This document shows, one piece after another, positions 40,870 to 51,710 of a stretch of DNA of 64,000 nucleotides. Under the pieces are notes generated by a model, which was not told the origin of the DNA, made no database searches, and saw only the letters and a list, made by a program, of their open reading frames with translations. Origin of the DNA: a virus. The stretch covers positions 36,502 through 100,501 of IMG/VR virus record IMGVR_UViG_3300042907_001518, one strand, 5' to 3'. Within the stretch, counting starts at the first letter, position 1. Every line of letters starts with the position of its first letter. The position numbers and the translations under genes are program-made.

Positions 40870-41088
40870 TATTACTGGATTAATTTATCACAAAGAAGAT
40901 ACTACAAAACAAACTATTTTTATGAACGAAATAGTTTCAGCACTTTGCGAGTCTGAGGCTAAATTAGTATTTCATAAACAACTTGAAAAGCAATATCAAG
41001 TAGTTAAAGTTTACTCTATTGAAGAAATTCTTAAAGAAGTGGCTTGACAATGGCCGATAATCTGATATACTGTGATCAAGGAGATTCT

Positions 41089-42006
41089 ATGAACAGATAC
41101 GGTCTTTGCTGCATTAGTCTTAAACTTAAAGAGCAGGGTTTTAGTCATCAGACTATGACCTATAAGCGTTTTAGTTCACTACCAAGAGAACAAGCACTAG
41201 AGATTCTTGGTAGTAGAATTCAAAACAATCTCATGGTTACAGATAAGACTATCGAATTCTGTGCTGAAAATAATTATGTTTATCGTGTTAGTAGCGATAT
41301 TTTTCCATTAATTACTTATGATGAAGCGAATGTCAAACTGGAGGACTTGCCTAATTATGACGCTATACAAAATGAGTTTACGAATATTTCACAAACTATT
41401 TCCCGCACTGGCGTCAGGGTTTCTAGTCATCCTAGCGAATTTAATGTATTGGCTTCGATGAATGATAAGGCTGTTGACAAAACTATTATTGAACTAAATT
41501 TCTATAGTTGGTTTTTTGATCGTATTGGATTACCAGCAAATTATGACGCACCAATGAACCTTCATGTACATAATAAAAATGGAACACACTCTGAAATCAT
41601 TGATAGATTTATTCAAAATTTTAATCGTCTTGATCCTAATTGTAGGAGCAGATTGGTTATTGAAAATGATGACAAAGTTAATTGCTGGAGCGTAAGAGAA
41701 CTCATCACTCATTTTCATCCCAAAACAAATATCCCCATCACCTTCGACTATTTGCATCATAAGTGTAATCAGGATATTCTAGAAGAAGAAACTGCTATCA
41801 AGGCTTGTCACGATACTTGGCATGGATATAAACCGCTTTTTCACTACAGCGAAAGTAAACCGGGCAATAATCCGCGTGCTCATGCTGACTACGCAGAAAA
41901 TCCTTTTAATAACTATGGATTAGAATTTGATATTGACTTTGAACTGAAAGCCAAAGACTATGCTATAGAACATCATGTTGAAATTTGTAAAGGAGTAATT
42001 GTATGA
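41089..42006 (+). CDS. uvsE: UV-damage endonuclease
   Basis: YRVSSDIFP, SSHP, LVIENDD, FDYLHH, FHYSES, RAHAD, ELKAKD. Confidence 0.9.
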   Translation: MNRYGLCCISLKLKEQGFSHQTMTYKRFSSLPREQALEILGSRIQNNLMVTDKTIEFCAENNYVYRVSSDIFPLITYDEANVKLEDLPNYDAIQNEFTNISQTISRTGVRVSSHPSEFNVLASMNDKAVDKTIIELNFYSWFFDRIGLPANYDAPMNLHVHNKNGTHSEIIDRFIQNFNRLDPNCRSRLVIENDDKVNCWSVRELITHFHPKTNIPITFDYLHHKCNQDILEEETAIKACHDTWHGYKPLFHYSESKPGNNPRAHADYAENPFNNYGLEFDIDFELKAKDYAIEHHVEICKGVIV

Positions 42007-42322
42007 GTGCATGGCTAATTGCTTTTACTGGTTGCTGCTACCTATATGTTGCTGCGGAACAAGGATATAAAGGTAATATTGGTATGCTTATTACTTATAT
42101 TGGATATGCTTTTGCTAATGTAGGCTTATATTTACTAGCATCAAAGTGAGGAAAATATGAAAAAACCTAAGTTAATACCACTATCAGATAATCCAAGATG
42201 CAAAGACGTATCTAAAATTCCACTAACACAATCTAATCAGTTTGATATTCAGATGCAAGATGATACTTATCTAAATCCGAATGACTATAAAACTTTTTGG
42301 CGAACACAGACTTTAGAAAAAA

Positions 42323-42784
42323 ATGATGAAGATAATCAACAAAACAATTCGTAAAGCATATGCCAACTGGAATCCTAATCCATTAATTCGCTGCTACCAT
42401 TACTGTTCAGCCTTTAATGGAAACAAGATGATTTGTTTCAGCAAAAACAACCCGATTAAAACAAACGCTAAAGCCCATCGTATCGGTGAACAGTTTAATC
42501 TTCCTAAATATATAGAGTACCCATATGCACACGCTGAATCTCATCTTATTTCTAAACTATTGGATAGATATAACGCCATTGATTCTAATTGGAGTATATG
42601 TGTACTCAGAATTAATAGACGAGGATTGATTTTAGGAAGTAAGCCATGTATTAATTGTGAAAAACTCTTAAAAGCAGTGGGTCTAAAGTCTATTTATTAT
42701 AGCACAGATGACGGCAATTTTAGTGACAACTTTGGAAATATTACTCATGCCAGCGAGTTGACAATGCCGATGATGATGGTATAA
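42323..42784 (+). CDS. Cytidine/dCMP deaminase-fold protein
   Basis: HAE and SKPCINC zinc motifs. Confidence 0.75.
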   Translation: MMKIINKTIRKAYANWNPNPLIRCYHYCSAFNGNKMICFSKNNPIKTNAKAHRIGEQFNLPKYIEYPYAHAESHLISKLLDRYNAIDSNWSICVLRINRRGLILGSKPCINCEKLLKAVGLKSIYYSTDDGNFSDNFGNITHASELTMPMMMV

Positions 42785-42806
42785 TCCCAAGACGGGAGAC
42801 ATACTA

Positions 42807-43025
42807 ATGAACTGTATTTACTGTAAAAATTGCGTTGGGATGGATCGTTATCAATTTCTGATAGAGACCAATCGTAAAATTATTTGTAGAGAATGTTCTA
42901 CAGAGAATAAAGCGGTAGGGTTTATGAATTATTCCCATAAAACCGCACCAGACTTGGTTGTTTGTCCCGCCAACGCTAAAGAAAGCCTGCGTATTTTACA
43001 CAGAGCAAATCGTCGTGCTAGATAA
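42807..43025 (+). CDS. DksA/TraR-like C4 zinc-finger protein
   Basis: CIYC..R...CREC. Confidence 0.5.
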   Translation: MNCIYCKNCVGMDRYQFLIETNRKIICRECSTENKAVGFMNYSHKTAPDLVVCPANAKESLRILHRANRRAR

Positions 43026-43650
43026 TTTTATCTGATTTTCTTATGTTGTCTTTAGCCCATAGTGGTTGTAGATTTGTAAAGTGAAAACAAAGTTTTTGTT
43101 CAGACTCTAAACTTAAATCAAAACTAGCACATGGTTTAATATGATCTATATGCCACTTGCCATAATTTTTCCAACTCATACCTTTTGTAAACTGTTTTTC
43201 TAAATAAATTTTTAATTCTTCTATAGAACATCCAAGCAAATCTAATGATGTAGAATATTTTGAACTACGTTTAATGGCTTTAGTTATACGTCCCCTAAGT
43301 AATCTGACTAATCTGTAGTTTAAATCCTCATAATATTTTTTATTAGCATACAATCTATTTTTAATTCTTAAACTATCTTTATGTTTTTGTTTATACTTCT
43401 TAGCACGTTCTTTTGATTTTTCATGATTATTATAGTATGATTTTAAACGACTTTTACGAACACTTTCTATATTGTTATTTTTCCATTTATCATGAATTTT
43501 TTTGTCTTGTTTGGGGTTGTTTTGTCTCCATTCTCTATTTATAATAGTATAACAACTACGACAATAAACACACTTGCCGTCTTTTTTAGCCTTATTATTA
43601 CTGAAATCGCTCAGATCTTTTTCGATCTTACATTTAACGCACGTTTTCAT
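43018..43650 (-). CDS. HNH homing endonuclease, antisense insertion (paralog of 32193-32816)
   Basis: YLEKQFTKGMSWKNYG..WHIDHIKPC..TNLQPLWAKDN shared. Confidence 0.85.
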   Translation of the reverse strand: MKTCVKCKIEKDLSDFSNNKAKKDGKCVYCRSCYTIINREWRQNNPKQDKKIHDKWKNNNIESVRKSRLKSYYNNHEKSKERAKKYKQKHKDSLRIKNRLYANKKYYEDLNYRLVRLLRGRITKAIKRSSKYSTSLDLLGCSIEELKIYLEKQFTKGMSWKNYGKWHIDHIKPCASFDLSLESEQKLCFHFTNLQPLWAKDNIRKSDKII

Positions 43651-44429
43651 ACCAATCCTTGACTTTACGAGACTATCAGATATAATCAACATACACCGAT
43701 TGGATACAGAAAACCAATATTTTAGGACGCAAATATGATTAAAACCAAACTATTCGATATTGGTCGCAAAAACTCCGATCAGATTAATGAATGGTTAGAA
43801 CAAAATCCAGATATAGCAATACTATCAACTAATTCATTTTCTAATAAGGCTGGCTGGGGCTATATTATTCTTTATAAGGATATGAAACCACAAAATTCGA
43901 TACTTCCCATGAAAGAAGGAGAAATCCAAAATGAACTGGCTTGATTTATATACTTTTCTACATGAACGAGCAAATGATATTCAAAATCCGGGGAGTTTTC
44001 CTTGGCAAGAAAAGGTACAAGCCTTTGATTTTGGTACATTAGAATATTATCCAATTGATTTTATTCAAACATTACCCGATCAAAAAATTTCTTTTAATAT
44101 TGATACTTCTGAAATCGGAGAAGATAATGGATCTTGAAATCGAAAGTCTGCTTTTTAAACAAGTAGAAAAATCTAAAAATTTTTTAATGACCAAAATTAT
44201 TAATGTGTTTAATAATAGATATCGTGTTAATGTATACATAGAAATTTATGAGGATAATCTCGTAAAGAAACGTATTCAAAGTAGTTATTTTTGTCACTAT
44301 AATCCCGGTAAATTAGTCATTATTCCAGAGAACGACAAAAAACTGAAACTCCACTAAAGAATCGGTCTTGACAGTGCCGATTAGTGTGATATACTTAGAG
44401 CATCACAACAACAACACAGGAGACTAACA

Positions 44430-44837
44430 ATGCCTAAAGGTAAAAAGACTTGCGATAAGTGTGGCACGATGACAGGCCCAAGGGCTTTTATGTGTTCAAA
44501 ATGCAACACTCCTTTTATTTTCAAATGCCAGAGTAAAGAGAAAAAGAACACGAAAATTATTCGTGACTTTAATTGGTGTGAACTTGTTAAGGGAGATAGA
44601 ATTAGGGTTGCTGGTGGCCCATACTACTTCTCTAAAGGAGAGTTTATCCCTATGGGATATAGGGGACGATTTGTTGTTGAGGGTATTGACCAAAATGGCA
44701 TTAAGGCATGGGGCATAGATAAGCACACGGGATTCTGTCATATCTATATGGGTGGAGACATTCAAAACAAAGAAACCAGCGTATGGAAAATCAAACACAA
44801 GTTGATGAAACTCAAGCAGAAAGAAGTTGTTCAATGA
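44430..44837 (+). CDS. Zinc-ribbon hypothetical protein
   Basis: CDKC..CSKC N-terminus; promoter at 44368; RBS AGGAG. Confidence 0.65.
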   Translation: MPKGKKTCDKCGTMTGPRAFMCSKCNTPFIFKCQSKEKKNTKIIRDFNWCELVKGDRIRVAGGPYYFSKGEFIPMGYRGRFVVEGIDQNGIKAWGIDKHTGFCHIYMGGDIQNKETSVWKIKHKLMKLKQKEVVQ

Positions 44838-45691
44838 GTTTAAATCAAGAGCAAAGAGATCAATTTAATAGATTGATTGACTATAAAGACGACATATCTC
44901 ATGCTCTATTTCATATTGAAAGAATTTTAAAAACATATTTTCCAGAAGAATTTGAAGTCGCCTATCAGCACTGGATTCCACAAATTACCACAGCACTATA
45001 TGAAGATAGTAGGTGGCTACCTAGAGGCGAAAGAAATATGCAACAGACTATTAGCCATTTAATGGATAAATTTGCTGCTGATTCTGATAGGGGTGTATCT
45101 AAATATATCAAATGATCTTGGAGTATAAAAATGTCAAAAGTTTATGCTATTACTAATTTGGATGGATATTCAGCAGAAATGAGGAAAGCCGCTGCTGATG
45201 CTTTGTGTGACAATAACACAGAGAATCTGGATGACTATATTAGTCTGTATCAAATGAAGGGATTGGTGGAAGAACACTGTATTGGATATGATAATCAAGA
45301 CCACCCTTTGCTTAATGAAGAAACTAGTGAAATGATTTTTGAAGAAGCAACAGTGTGGATTAATAATGTGGGTCTTGCAAAGTTGGCTGGAAAAGATTTA
45401 ATTGAGTGTTCTTTTGATGATGAGGTTAATGATTTTATTTTCTGGTCAAAAAAGAAAGAGACAGAATCAAATGATCAATCAAATAGACATGAAGATATGG
45501 GAAATCAAAAATAAAATAGCAGATATTAGAGAATACATTAGTTCTGATTTTTGTACTAATTGTGTACAGATGTATAAACAAAGAGAAGTCTTAGAAAAAG
45601 AACTCAAGGAATTAGAATCACAAAAAAATCAATCGTAACACTTTGATTCAAGTATTGACACTGTTGTGTCGATCATGTATAATACAATCAT

Positions 45692-45765
45692 GGGGCGTTG
45701 CCGCCGGTAGTGGCACATACTCTTATAAGGTATTCAAAAGGTTGGTTCGACTCCAACACGCCCTA
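45692..45765 (+). tRNA. Atypical tRNA-Ile(TAT)
   Basis: GGGGCGT/ACGCCCT acceptor; ATACT-CTTATAA-GGTAT anticodon arm; GTTGG-TTCGACT-CCAAC T arm; non-canonical D arm. Confidence 0.7.
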
Positions 45766-46076
45766 TTAAGGAGACTATAAATGTTAAACAGATCAGTTCA
45801 TATGCCATATTACTGTATTCTAATTGGTTTGCTTTCAATGTCGGTAGGATATAATATTCTATTTTGGAATCGTATTCAGATACTTACAGTTAAGCAATCT
45901 TCCTCTTGGGTTACTCCACAAGAAATGCAACTTATTCAGCAGGAAATTGAGCGTTTAGAAAGAGGCTCGGTCAATTTAAATAATAATTAGTGTACTAACT
46001 TAGAAGGGTGCGTAAAGGTTTCGACTACATAGATAGAATTATATTAGCAAGTAGTGGTTGATCTAAGGGCCACTAG

Positions 46077-46699
46077 TTGTTTGGTGTTTCTTTAAAAATT
46101 TTACCCGATCAAAACCCGATTTGGTGTATTTCACTTTACAATCAAACTCTGGTGAGATCAAATTATGGAGGATTTAGTTCAAAAAATATCAGAAGAATAT
46201 CTTAGCGGCTTAAGTATACATAATATAGCCAAAAATCATAATTTAAACTACAGTTTTGTAAGATATCATTTGGTAAAAAATAATGTTTATAAGCCAAATT
46301 CTAAATTCAAAAAGAATGGCAAAATTACTTGTAAACTTTGTAATAAAAAATATCCTGAAAAAGATATGCCAAAAGATTATCAAAGGTCTGGTAGAAGATT
46401 ATGTAAAAGTTGTCTTGGTAGACATCAGTTAAAATACAATATGAAGAAACTGGGAACAACAACAGAAGTTTATGATGAACTATATTTAAAACAAAATGGC
46501 ATGTGCGATATTTGTGGTAATAATATTGGCCATAAAACAGCAAAGGGTTTGGATGCAAAATTAGCACTAGATCATTGTCATAAAACAAATAAAGTTCGTG
46601 GCTTATTATGTAATAAATGCAATAGATGTCTAGGATATGTAAATGATGATTTGAACTATCTCCAAAATATGTTAGAGTATTTAAAGAAACACCAAACAG
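46077..46699 (+). mobile_element. Inverted-repeat-bounded homing endonuclease insertion in tmRNA pseudoknot 1
   Basis: TGTTTGGTGTTTCTTTAAA (46078-46096) is the exact reverse complement of TTTAAAGAAACACCAAACA (46680-46698). Confidence 0.8.
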
Positions 46700-46704
46700 A
46701 TTAA
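46165..46704 (+). CDS. Endonuclease VII-family homing endonuclease
   Basis: QNGMCDIC..LALDHCHKTNKVRGLLCNKCNRCLG; N-terminal HTH and CxxC. Confidence 0.9.
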   Translation: MEDLVQKISEEYLSGLSIHNIAKNHNLNYSFVRYHLVKNNVYKPNSKFKKNGKITCKLCNKKYPEKDMPKDYQRSGRRLCKSCLGRHQLKYNMKKLGTTTEVYDELYLKQNGMCDICGNNIGHKTAKGLDAKLALDHCHKTNKVRGLLCNKCNRCLGYVNDDLNYLQNMLEYLKKHQTD

Positions 46705-47162
46705 AAATAGATCAAATGCTTTAACTGGCAATACTCAGTTAGCACTTGCTGCTTAATTAAATAACAGCAACAATCTTAGAAAGCGATGAAGGTAGCGTTC
46801 AAAAGATTGATGTAAAATCCTTCGGCTGCTAGGATAGCCAACGGGTTCTAGCCTGAGACTAGTTGGTACGGGAAGATGAATGTTGTTTGTTCTTTAATCT
46901 TTCTCAAAATTTATGAACATAATAAACTTGTAGAATGTATAGTTTGATATATGCTAGGACGCGGGTTCGATTCCCGCCGCATCCACTTAATGAAAGGTAT
47001 AATATGAGTTTCTGGAAAAAAGTATTAAAGAAATTTAAGAAGCAACAAGACCATGACCCAAAAGGATTGATAGAAGATAAATATTTTCATAAACTACAAA
47101 AAAAACTAGATAAATTAGAAGATCAACCAAAAAAGAAAAAGAAATGAAAGAACTATTTTAAC

Positions 47163-47819
47163 ATGGGTAATTATCTTAATGTAGATATACCAATATTTAT
47201 TGCATATTTAGATACAAGTTTTTTTTATAATAAATCTCCAGACATAAATGCTGAAAGAATACCTGTAGAAGTTTTTAGTTTTACAAGTATACCACAAAGA
47301 TGTGGCTTGTTTTCGATAATGACAGAATATGGTAGTCAACACGCTAGAGTGCCTATTCATTATCTTAGAGCCAATAATCAGAGTGGTGGTTCTGACTATC
47401 CTTTGGATTGGCTACAATTATGGGACAGCATGAGTTATTATGCAAGCGTTAATATAAATCAATATACTAAAAATAGAGCAGCAAATATTCTGATTAAAAA
47501 TAAGACGCTACATAAAGTTAAATATCTATTTACAATAGATTGGTGTTTAGGCCCACAATATGAAAATGGATACGGTGAAATGGCCGCTGGGCATAAGTGT
47601 GGTCATTTTTTTGAAGGTAGCGATGGGCAATATTTTATACAGCCAAATAATAGAGTTTTATGGATGGATGGCGGTGCTTTTATCAGTAAAAAATTTGATA
47701 ATAAACCAGACTGGAAAGTATTTAGTCAAGAATTTAGTTGTGAAAATACTGGTAGTAGATGGGTAAGCGAGAGTGACGAAGAAATGTATTTCTATGAATT
47801 TAAAGAAAAAATGGATTAA
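47163..47819 (+). CDS. Conserved hypothetical phage protein
   Basis: LQLWD..SY, YLFTIDW, HKCGH, QPNNRVLW motifs. Confidence 0.65.
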   Translation: MGNYLNVDIPIFIAYLDTSFFYNKSPDINAERIPVEVFSFTSIPQRCGLFSIMTEYGSQHARVPIHYLRANNQSGGSDYPLDWLQLWDSMSYYASVNINQYTKNRAANILIKNKTLHKVKYLFTIDWCLGPQYENGYGEMAAGHKCGHFFEGSDGQYFIQPNNRVLWMDGGAFISKKFDNKPDWKVFSQEFSCENTGSRWVSESDEEMYFYEFKEKMD

Positions 47820-48064
47820 TCATTTACAAGAAAATAATATGACATATTTGGAGCATATGATATTTGCTCTATTTTATGGAATTTTTTGTTTATTGGCTGG
47901 ATTATATCTAATCATACATTCAATTCTGCCATGCTTTTTTCCAACAGCAGGAAGTGATTTAATCACAAAGTTGGGTAAACGATTCAAGAAACGACAGTAG
48001 ATTGTCGATACTTGACAGAGGGATTGGCGTATGGTAGAATACGCTAAACACAGGAGACTATTTG

Positions 48065-49378
48065 ATGGTTCACGATTTTAATTATGTTTCGGGAATGGTT
48101 CGTGATCTTCGTGCCACTAGCAGCACTATTGATAAACAGGGAATTATTGAAGATTATTGCAATCATAGTAGTGCCGCTGCTAGTTTTACAAAAAATATTC
48201 TATTGTATACCTATCATCCATTGTGGCAATACAATGTCACTAGTGATAATCTCAAGAAGAAGAATCATCTTGTAGCCAGAAAGAATGAATACAAAAACTT
48301 CTTCGACCTCCTTGATGCTCTAAAAAGCAGAAAGATTACAGGACATGATGCTATTGCTGCTGTGAATAGTTTTATTGAACACCATTCTGAATATGAAGAA
48401 CTTATACATTGTATTATCGACAAAGACTTGAAAACCCGTGCTGGTGATAAGATTATTAATAAGGCTATTGCTGACCATATTCCAGAGTTTAGTGTTGCTC
48501 TGGCAGATAAGTACGAGCCTAAACTTGTAGACTGGAAGGATGGATGGTATGTTAGTCGTAAGATCGACGGGGCTAGATGTATTGCTATTGTTGATTCTGA
48601 CGGTAACACTACTTTCTATTCCCGCACGGGAAAAGAATTTGATACTCTTGGTGTTGTTAGGGATGGGATTAAAAATCTTGGCATTACTGATGTAGTATTT
48701 GATGGTGAACTTTGTCTTGTGGATGATGATGGCAATGAGGATTTTCAAGGAGTAATGAAACAACTAAAGAAGAAGGATCATACTATTCCCAATCCTTCGT
48801 ATAAGATTTTTGATATGATTACGCACGATGAATTCTATAGCAAGAAGGGTGCGAAGAATCGTCCGTATTCTATTCGCTATAATAATCTACGAGAAGTTAT
48901 GAGAGATAATACTTGTACTTGTCTTAGTGTGCTTGGTCAAGAACTTATCGAAGATGATGACCATTTTAGTGAGTGGATAGGCAAAGCCAAGGAATATGGT
49001 TGGGAGGGTCTAATGCTTCGTGCTGATGAACCATATAAAGGTAAGCGATCCAAAGACCTTCTAAAATTTAAAAGTTTCTTTGATGATGAATATGAAGTAG
49101 TCGATGTTGAAATGGGGCCATTTAGATATGTTCTTAATGGTAAAGAGCATGAGGAAACCATGCTTTCTTGTGTGATGATTAGTCATAAGGGATATATTGT
49201 GAGAGTTGGAAGCGGATTTACTATAGAACAACGCAAAGAATTGTATCAAAATCCTGAGAAAATTCTGGATAAAGTGATTTTAGTACAGTATTTTGAGGAA
49301 ACTAAGAACCAAGACGGTGGTATCTCTTTAAGATTTCCTACATTTAAATATCTTTATGGAGAAAAGAGGGATACTTAA
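48065..49378 (+). CDS. lig: ATP-dependent DNA ligase
   Basis: KIDGAR, FDGEL, EGLMLR, LLKFK, VGSGF, SLRFP. Confidence 0.95.
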   Translation: MVHDFNYVSGMVRDLRATSSTIDKQGIIEDYCNHSSAAASFTKNILLYTYHPLWQYNVTSDNLKKKNHLVARKNEYKNFFDLLDALKSRKITGHDAIAAVNSFIEHHSEYEELIHCIIDKDLKTRAGDKIINKAIADHIPEFSVALADKYEPKLVDWKDGWYVSRKIDGARCIAIVDSDGNTTFYSRTGKEFDTLGVVRDGIKNLGITDVVFDGELCLVDDDGNEDFQGVMKQLKKKDHTIPNPSYKIFDMITHDEFYSKKGAKNRPYSIRYNNLREVMRDNTCTCLSVLGQELIEDDDHFSEWIGKAKEYGWEGLMLRADEPYKGKRSKDLLKFKSFFDDEYEVVDVEMGPFRYVLNGKEHEETMLSCVMISHKGYIVRVGSGFTIEQRKELYQNPEKILDKVILVQYFEETKNQDGGISLRFPTFKYLYGEKRDT

Positions 49379-49404
49379 TTCTTCAATAGAGAGGTATAAA
49401 AATA

Positions 49405-50103
49405 ATGCTTCAACTACTCCGTACACATACTTGCTATATTGAAAAGTTTGTTATTTACGGAGAGAGACATTCTGGTACTAATTTTTTAGAAAAGTGCATT
49501 AAACATCAGTTTGGTATAGATAGAACTGAATTTTACGACAATAAACATTTTTTTGGATGGAGTAAACCAGAAGTTATAACGTATAAAGGTAGACACACTC
49601 TCTTTATAGGCATAGTGCGTAATCCTTATGATTGGATTTCTGGTATGATAAGTTTTCCTCATCATGTTGAACATACAAGAATTCTAAATATTGATAAGTT
49701 TTTATTAGACGAATGGTATTCTATAGATTATCATGGTAAAGAAATTTTAGAGGATAGAAACTATACTAATAGAAAGAGATACAAAAATATATTTGAAATG
49801 AGAAAATATAAATATCTTTTTCTTTCCCAAATAATGCCTCTTATTGCTAGAAACTATGTTCTATTATCTTATGATAGTTTTCTAAAAAATCATAATAATT
49901 ATCTCAATATAATTGGTAATAGATTTGATTTAAAAACTAAAGGTATTCCACCAGAAGTAGATAAAGATAAAAAATCATACATAGTTAATAATCATATATT
50001 AGATATTATCAATAATAATACCGATTGGGATGTTGAGGCTAGTTTGGGTTTTTTTAGAAAGCCTCAAGAACGATGGCTTGACAAGCCGATAACGCTAGTG
50101 TAG
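49405..50103 (+). CDS. Sulfotransferase-like protein
   Basis: GERHSGTNFL (PAPS-loop-like) and VRNPYDW. Confidence 0.6.
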   Translation: MLQLLRTHTCYIEKFVIYGERHSGTNFLEKCIKHQFGIDRTEFYDNKHFFGWSKPEVITYKGRHTLFIGIVRNPYDWISGMISFPHHVEHTRILNIDKFLLDEWYSIDYHGKEILEDRNYTNRKRYKNIFEMRKYKYLFLSQIMPLIARNYVLLSYDSFLKNHNNYLNIIGNRFDLKTKGIPPEVDKDKKSYIVNNHILDIINNNTDWDVEASLGFFRKPQERWLDKPITLV

Positions 50104-50143
50104 AATCGGAGCATACACTTTGGAACTAAACTTTGGAGAAGAT

Positions 50144-50854
50144 ATGGGCGAAGTAGTTGTTGAGAAAAAGCCTGTTGTTATGAGTACCACCAAGGCTGAT
50201 GAGTTTTTTAATAACTTTCCCAAGGACAAGGTTCTTGCCTATAAAGACTATTGGGAAACTGTTCGACCAAAGAATAATGATGATATTTTTCGCCGCTATC
50301 TATTCAGTTTTATGAGCGTCCATACAACATGGAAATCAAATGTCAACGGATACAATGCTATCAAAAATTTTAGCGATTGGATGGATGATAAAGAGACTCT
50401 GAGAGAGAAGATTAAGAATAGTGGTTGCGGACTCTATAACAATAGAACAAAGTTTATCTGGGACTTCAAGGATCAGTTTTGGGCTAATCCTAAAGACTTC
50501 TATTTCACCACCAAAAAGTATCACGTTAAGAAACGAGATAGCATCGTTAATAAAATCACCGGATTGGGTTCTGCTAAGATTTCCTTCAGTCTGGAACAAA
50601 TTCATCCTAATGAATGTAGAGTATTCTGTGGAGATACCCATATGCTTGAGTTGTATGGGATGAAAACTCTTACATATCAGAGTAAAGCCGGATTGTCTCT
50701 GTATAAGAAGATGGAAAGACATTGGAGTATTAATTGCGGAAAACTTAATGTTCCTTTGTATATTGCTAGATGTATTTTTTGGGATGCAAAACAAAATAAG
50801 ACTGATTCTCGTTATTGGTCTTATGTCTTTGAGGAAGAGTCTGTGGCTCTATAA
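50144..50854 (+). CDS. HhH-GPD DNA glycosylase-like protein
   Basis: HhH ITGLGSAKISF and downstream DTHM. Confidence 0.6.
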   Translation: MGEVVVEKKPVVMSTTKADEFFNNFPKDKVLAYKDYWETVRPKNNDDIFRRYLFSFMSVHTTWKSNVNGYNAIKNFSDWMDDKETLREKIKNSGCGLYNNRTKFIWDFKDQFWANPKDFYFTTKKYHVKKRDSIVNKITGLGSAKISFSLEQIHPNECRVFCGDTHMLELYGMKTLTYQSKAGLSLYKKMERHWSINCGKLNVPLYIARCIFWDAKQNKTDSRYWSYVFEEESVAL

Positions 50855-51331
50855 TAAGAGTCAGGAGAGTTAGAAATGAGCCAAAACGGAAAAGGATCAA
50901 AAAGACGGCCAAAAAATATTGATCAAAAAATTTTCGATAAAAATTGGGATAGAATATTTAAGAAGAAAAAGAAAAAGTGTAATTAATATAATATCTATCC
51001 ATAAATTAATGGAGCCTAAAATGATAATGAAAAATTATGTTGCTGATGAATTAGCCAATAAGGTCTTTCACTTACATAAGGCTCTAAATCAAGCAGAAAA
51101 TATTATTTCTGTCTTGGAAGAAGAAAATCAAAAATTAAAGAATCTGTTGTTTCCTAACGATAACACAGAGAATAAGGACACAGTAAAAATACAGTGCGTT
51201 GCTTGAAAAAAATCAAGTTCGCTGAGTTGACAAGACGATACAGGATGGTAGAATGAGGAAGTCGATGCAAGGGTTTCAGTCGAGCGACTGACTTGCTGAG
51301 ACACAATTTGGAAATGATTTGGAGGTTGATT

Positions 51332-51613
51332 ATGGCAGAGGTTACTACGGTTACGAAGCAGACCCGTGTTCGTTGCTCTGATGAGCAGTTTATTGAGGCT
51401 GTTTTTTCGTCTAGGACTTACGCAGAGATTGCTGCTAAGACTGGTCAGAAGGTTCCTACTACAATGGCTCGTTATGCCCGTGTAAAGGCCGCTCTTTCTA
51501 AGAGAGGTGAGGAACTTCCGGCGATGGAACGTGCGAAGCCAACAAAGACTGTTGATAATGTAGAGGCTATGGCAGAGGTTGTTCGTCGCCTCAAGGCCCA
51601 TGCCAATGGCTGA
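51332..51613 (+). CDS. Small HTH protein
   Basis: SDEQFIEAV..TYAEIAAKTG; RBS GGAGG; promoter at 51227. Confidence 0.6.
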   Translation: MAEVTTVTKQTRVRCSDEQFIEAVFSSRTYAEIAAKTGQKVPTTMARYARVKAALSKRGEELPAMERAKPTKTVDNVEAMAEVVRRLKAHANG

Positions 51614-51710
51614 TTTTTAAACCAAGGGTAGTCGGCTACAACAGTTATAATGGATGAGGCACACAAGCATAATCAACCTCAAACTTTGATTGTTGTAGTC
51701 GATTACTTAT

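Larger units (their letters stand above)
46006..46985 (+). ncRNA. ssrA: tmRNA interrupted by a ~625-nt endonuclease insertion
   Basis: 5' GGGTGCGTAAAGGTTTCGAC; 3' GGACGCGGGTTCGATTCCCGCCGCATCCA with an Ala-type G3-U pair; tag ORF 46727-46756 GNTQLALAA* after TTAACT; about 355 nt without the insert. Confidence 0.9.

Noticed and set aside
46076-46700. Group I intron in the tmRNA
   Set aside because: Only about 90 non-coding nt are available and no P7 or other core motifs are visible; the insert is simply closed by an inverted repeat.
46935-47147. ORFs whose called starts overlap RNA genes (also 23524, 51759)
   Set aside because: The N-terminal extensions translate tmRNA or tRNA sequence; real starts are downstream or the ORF is spurious.
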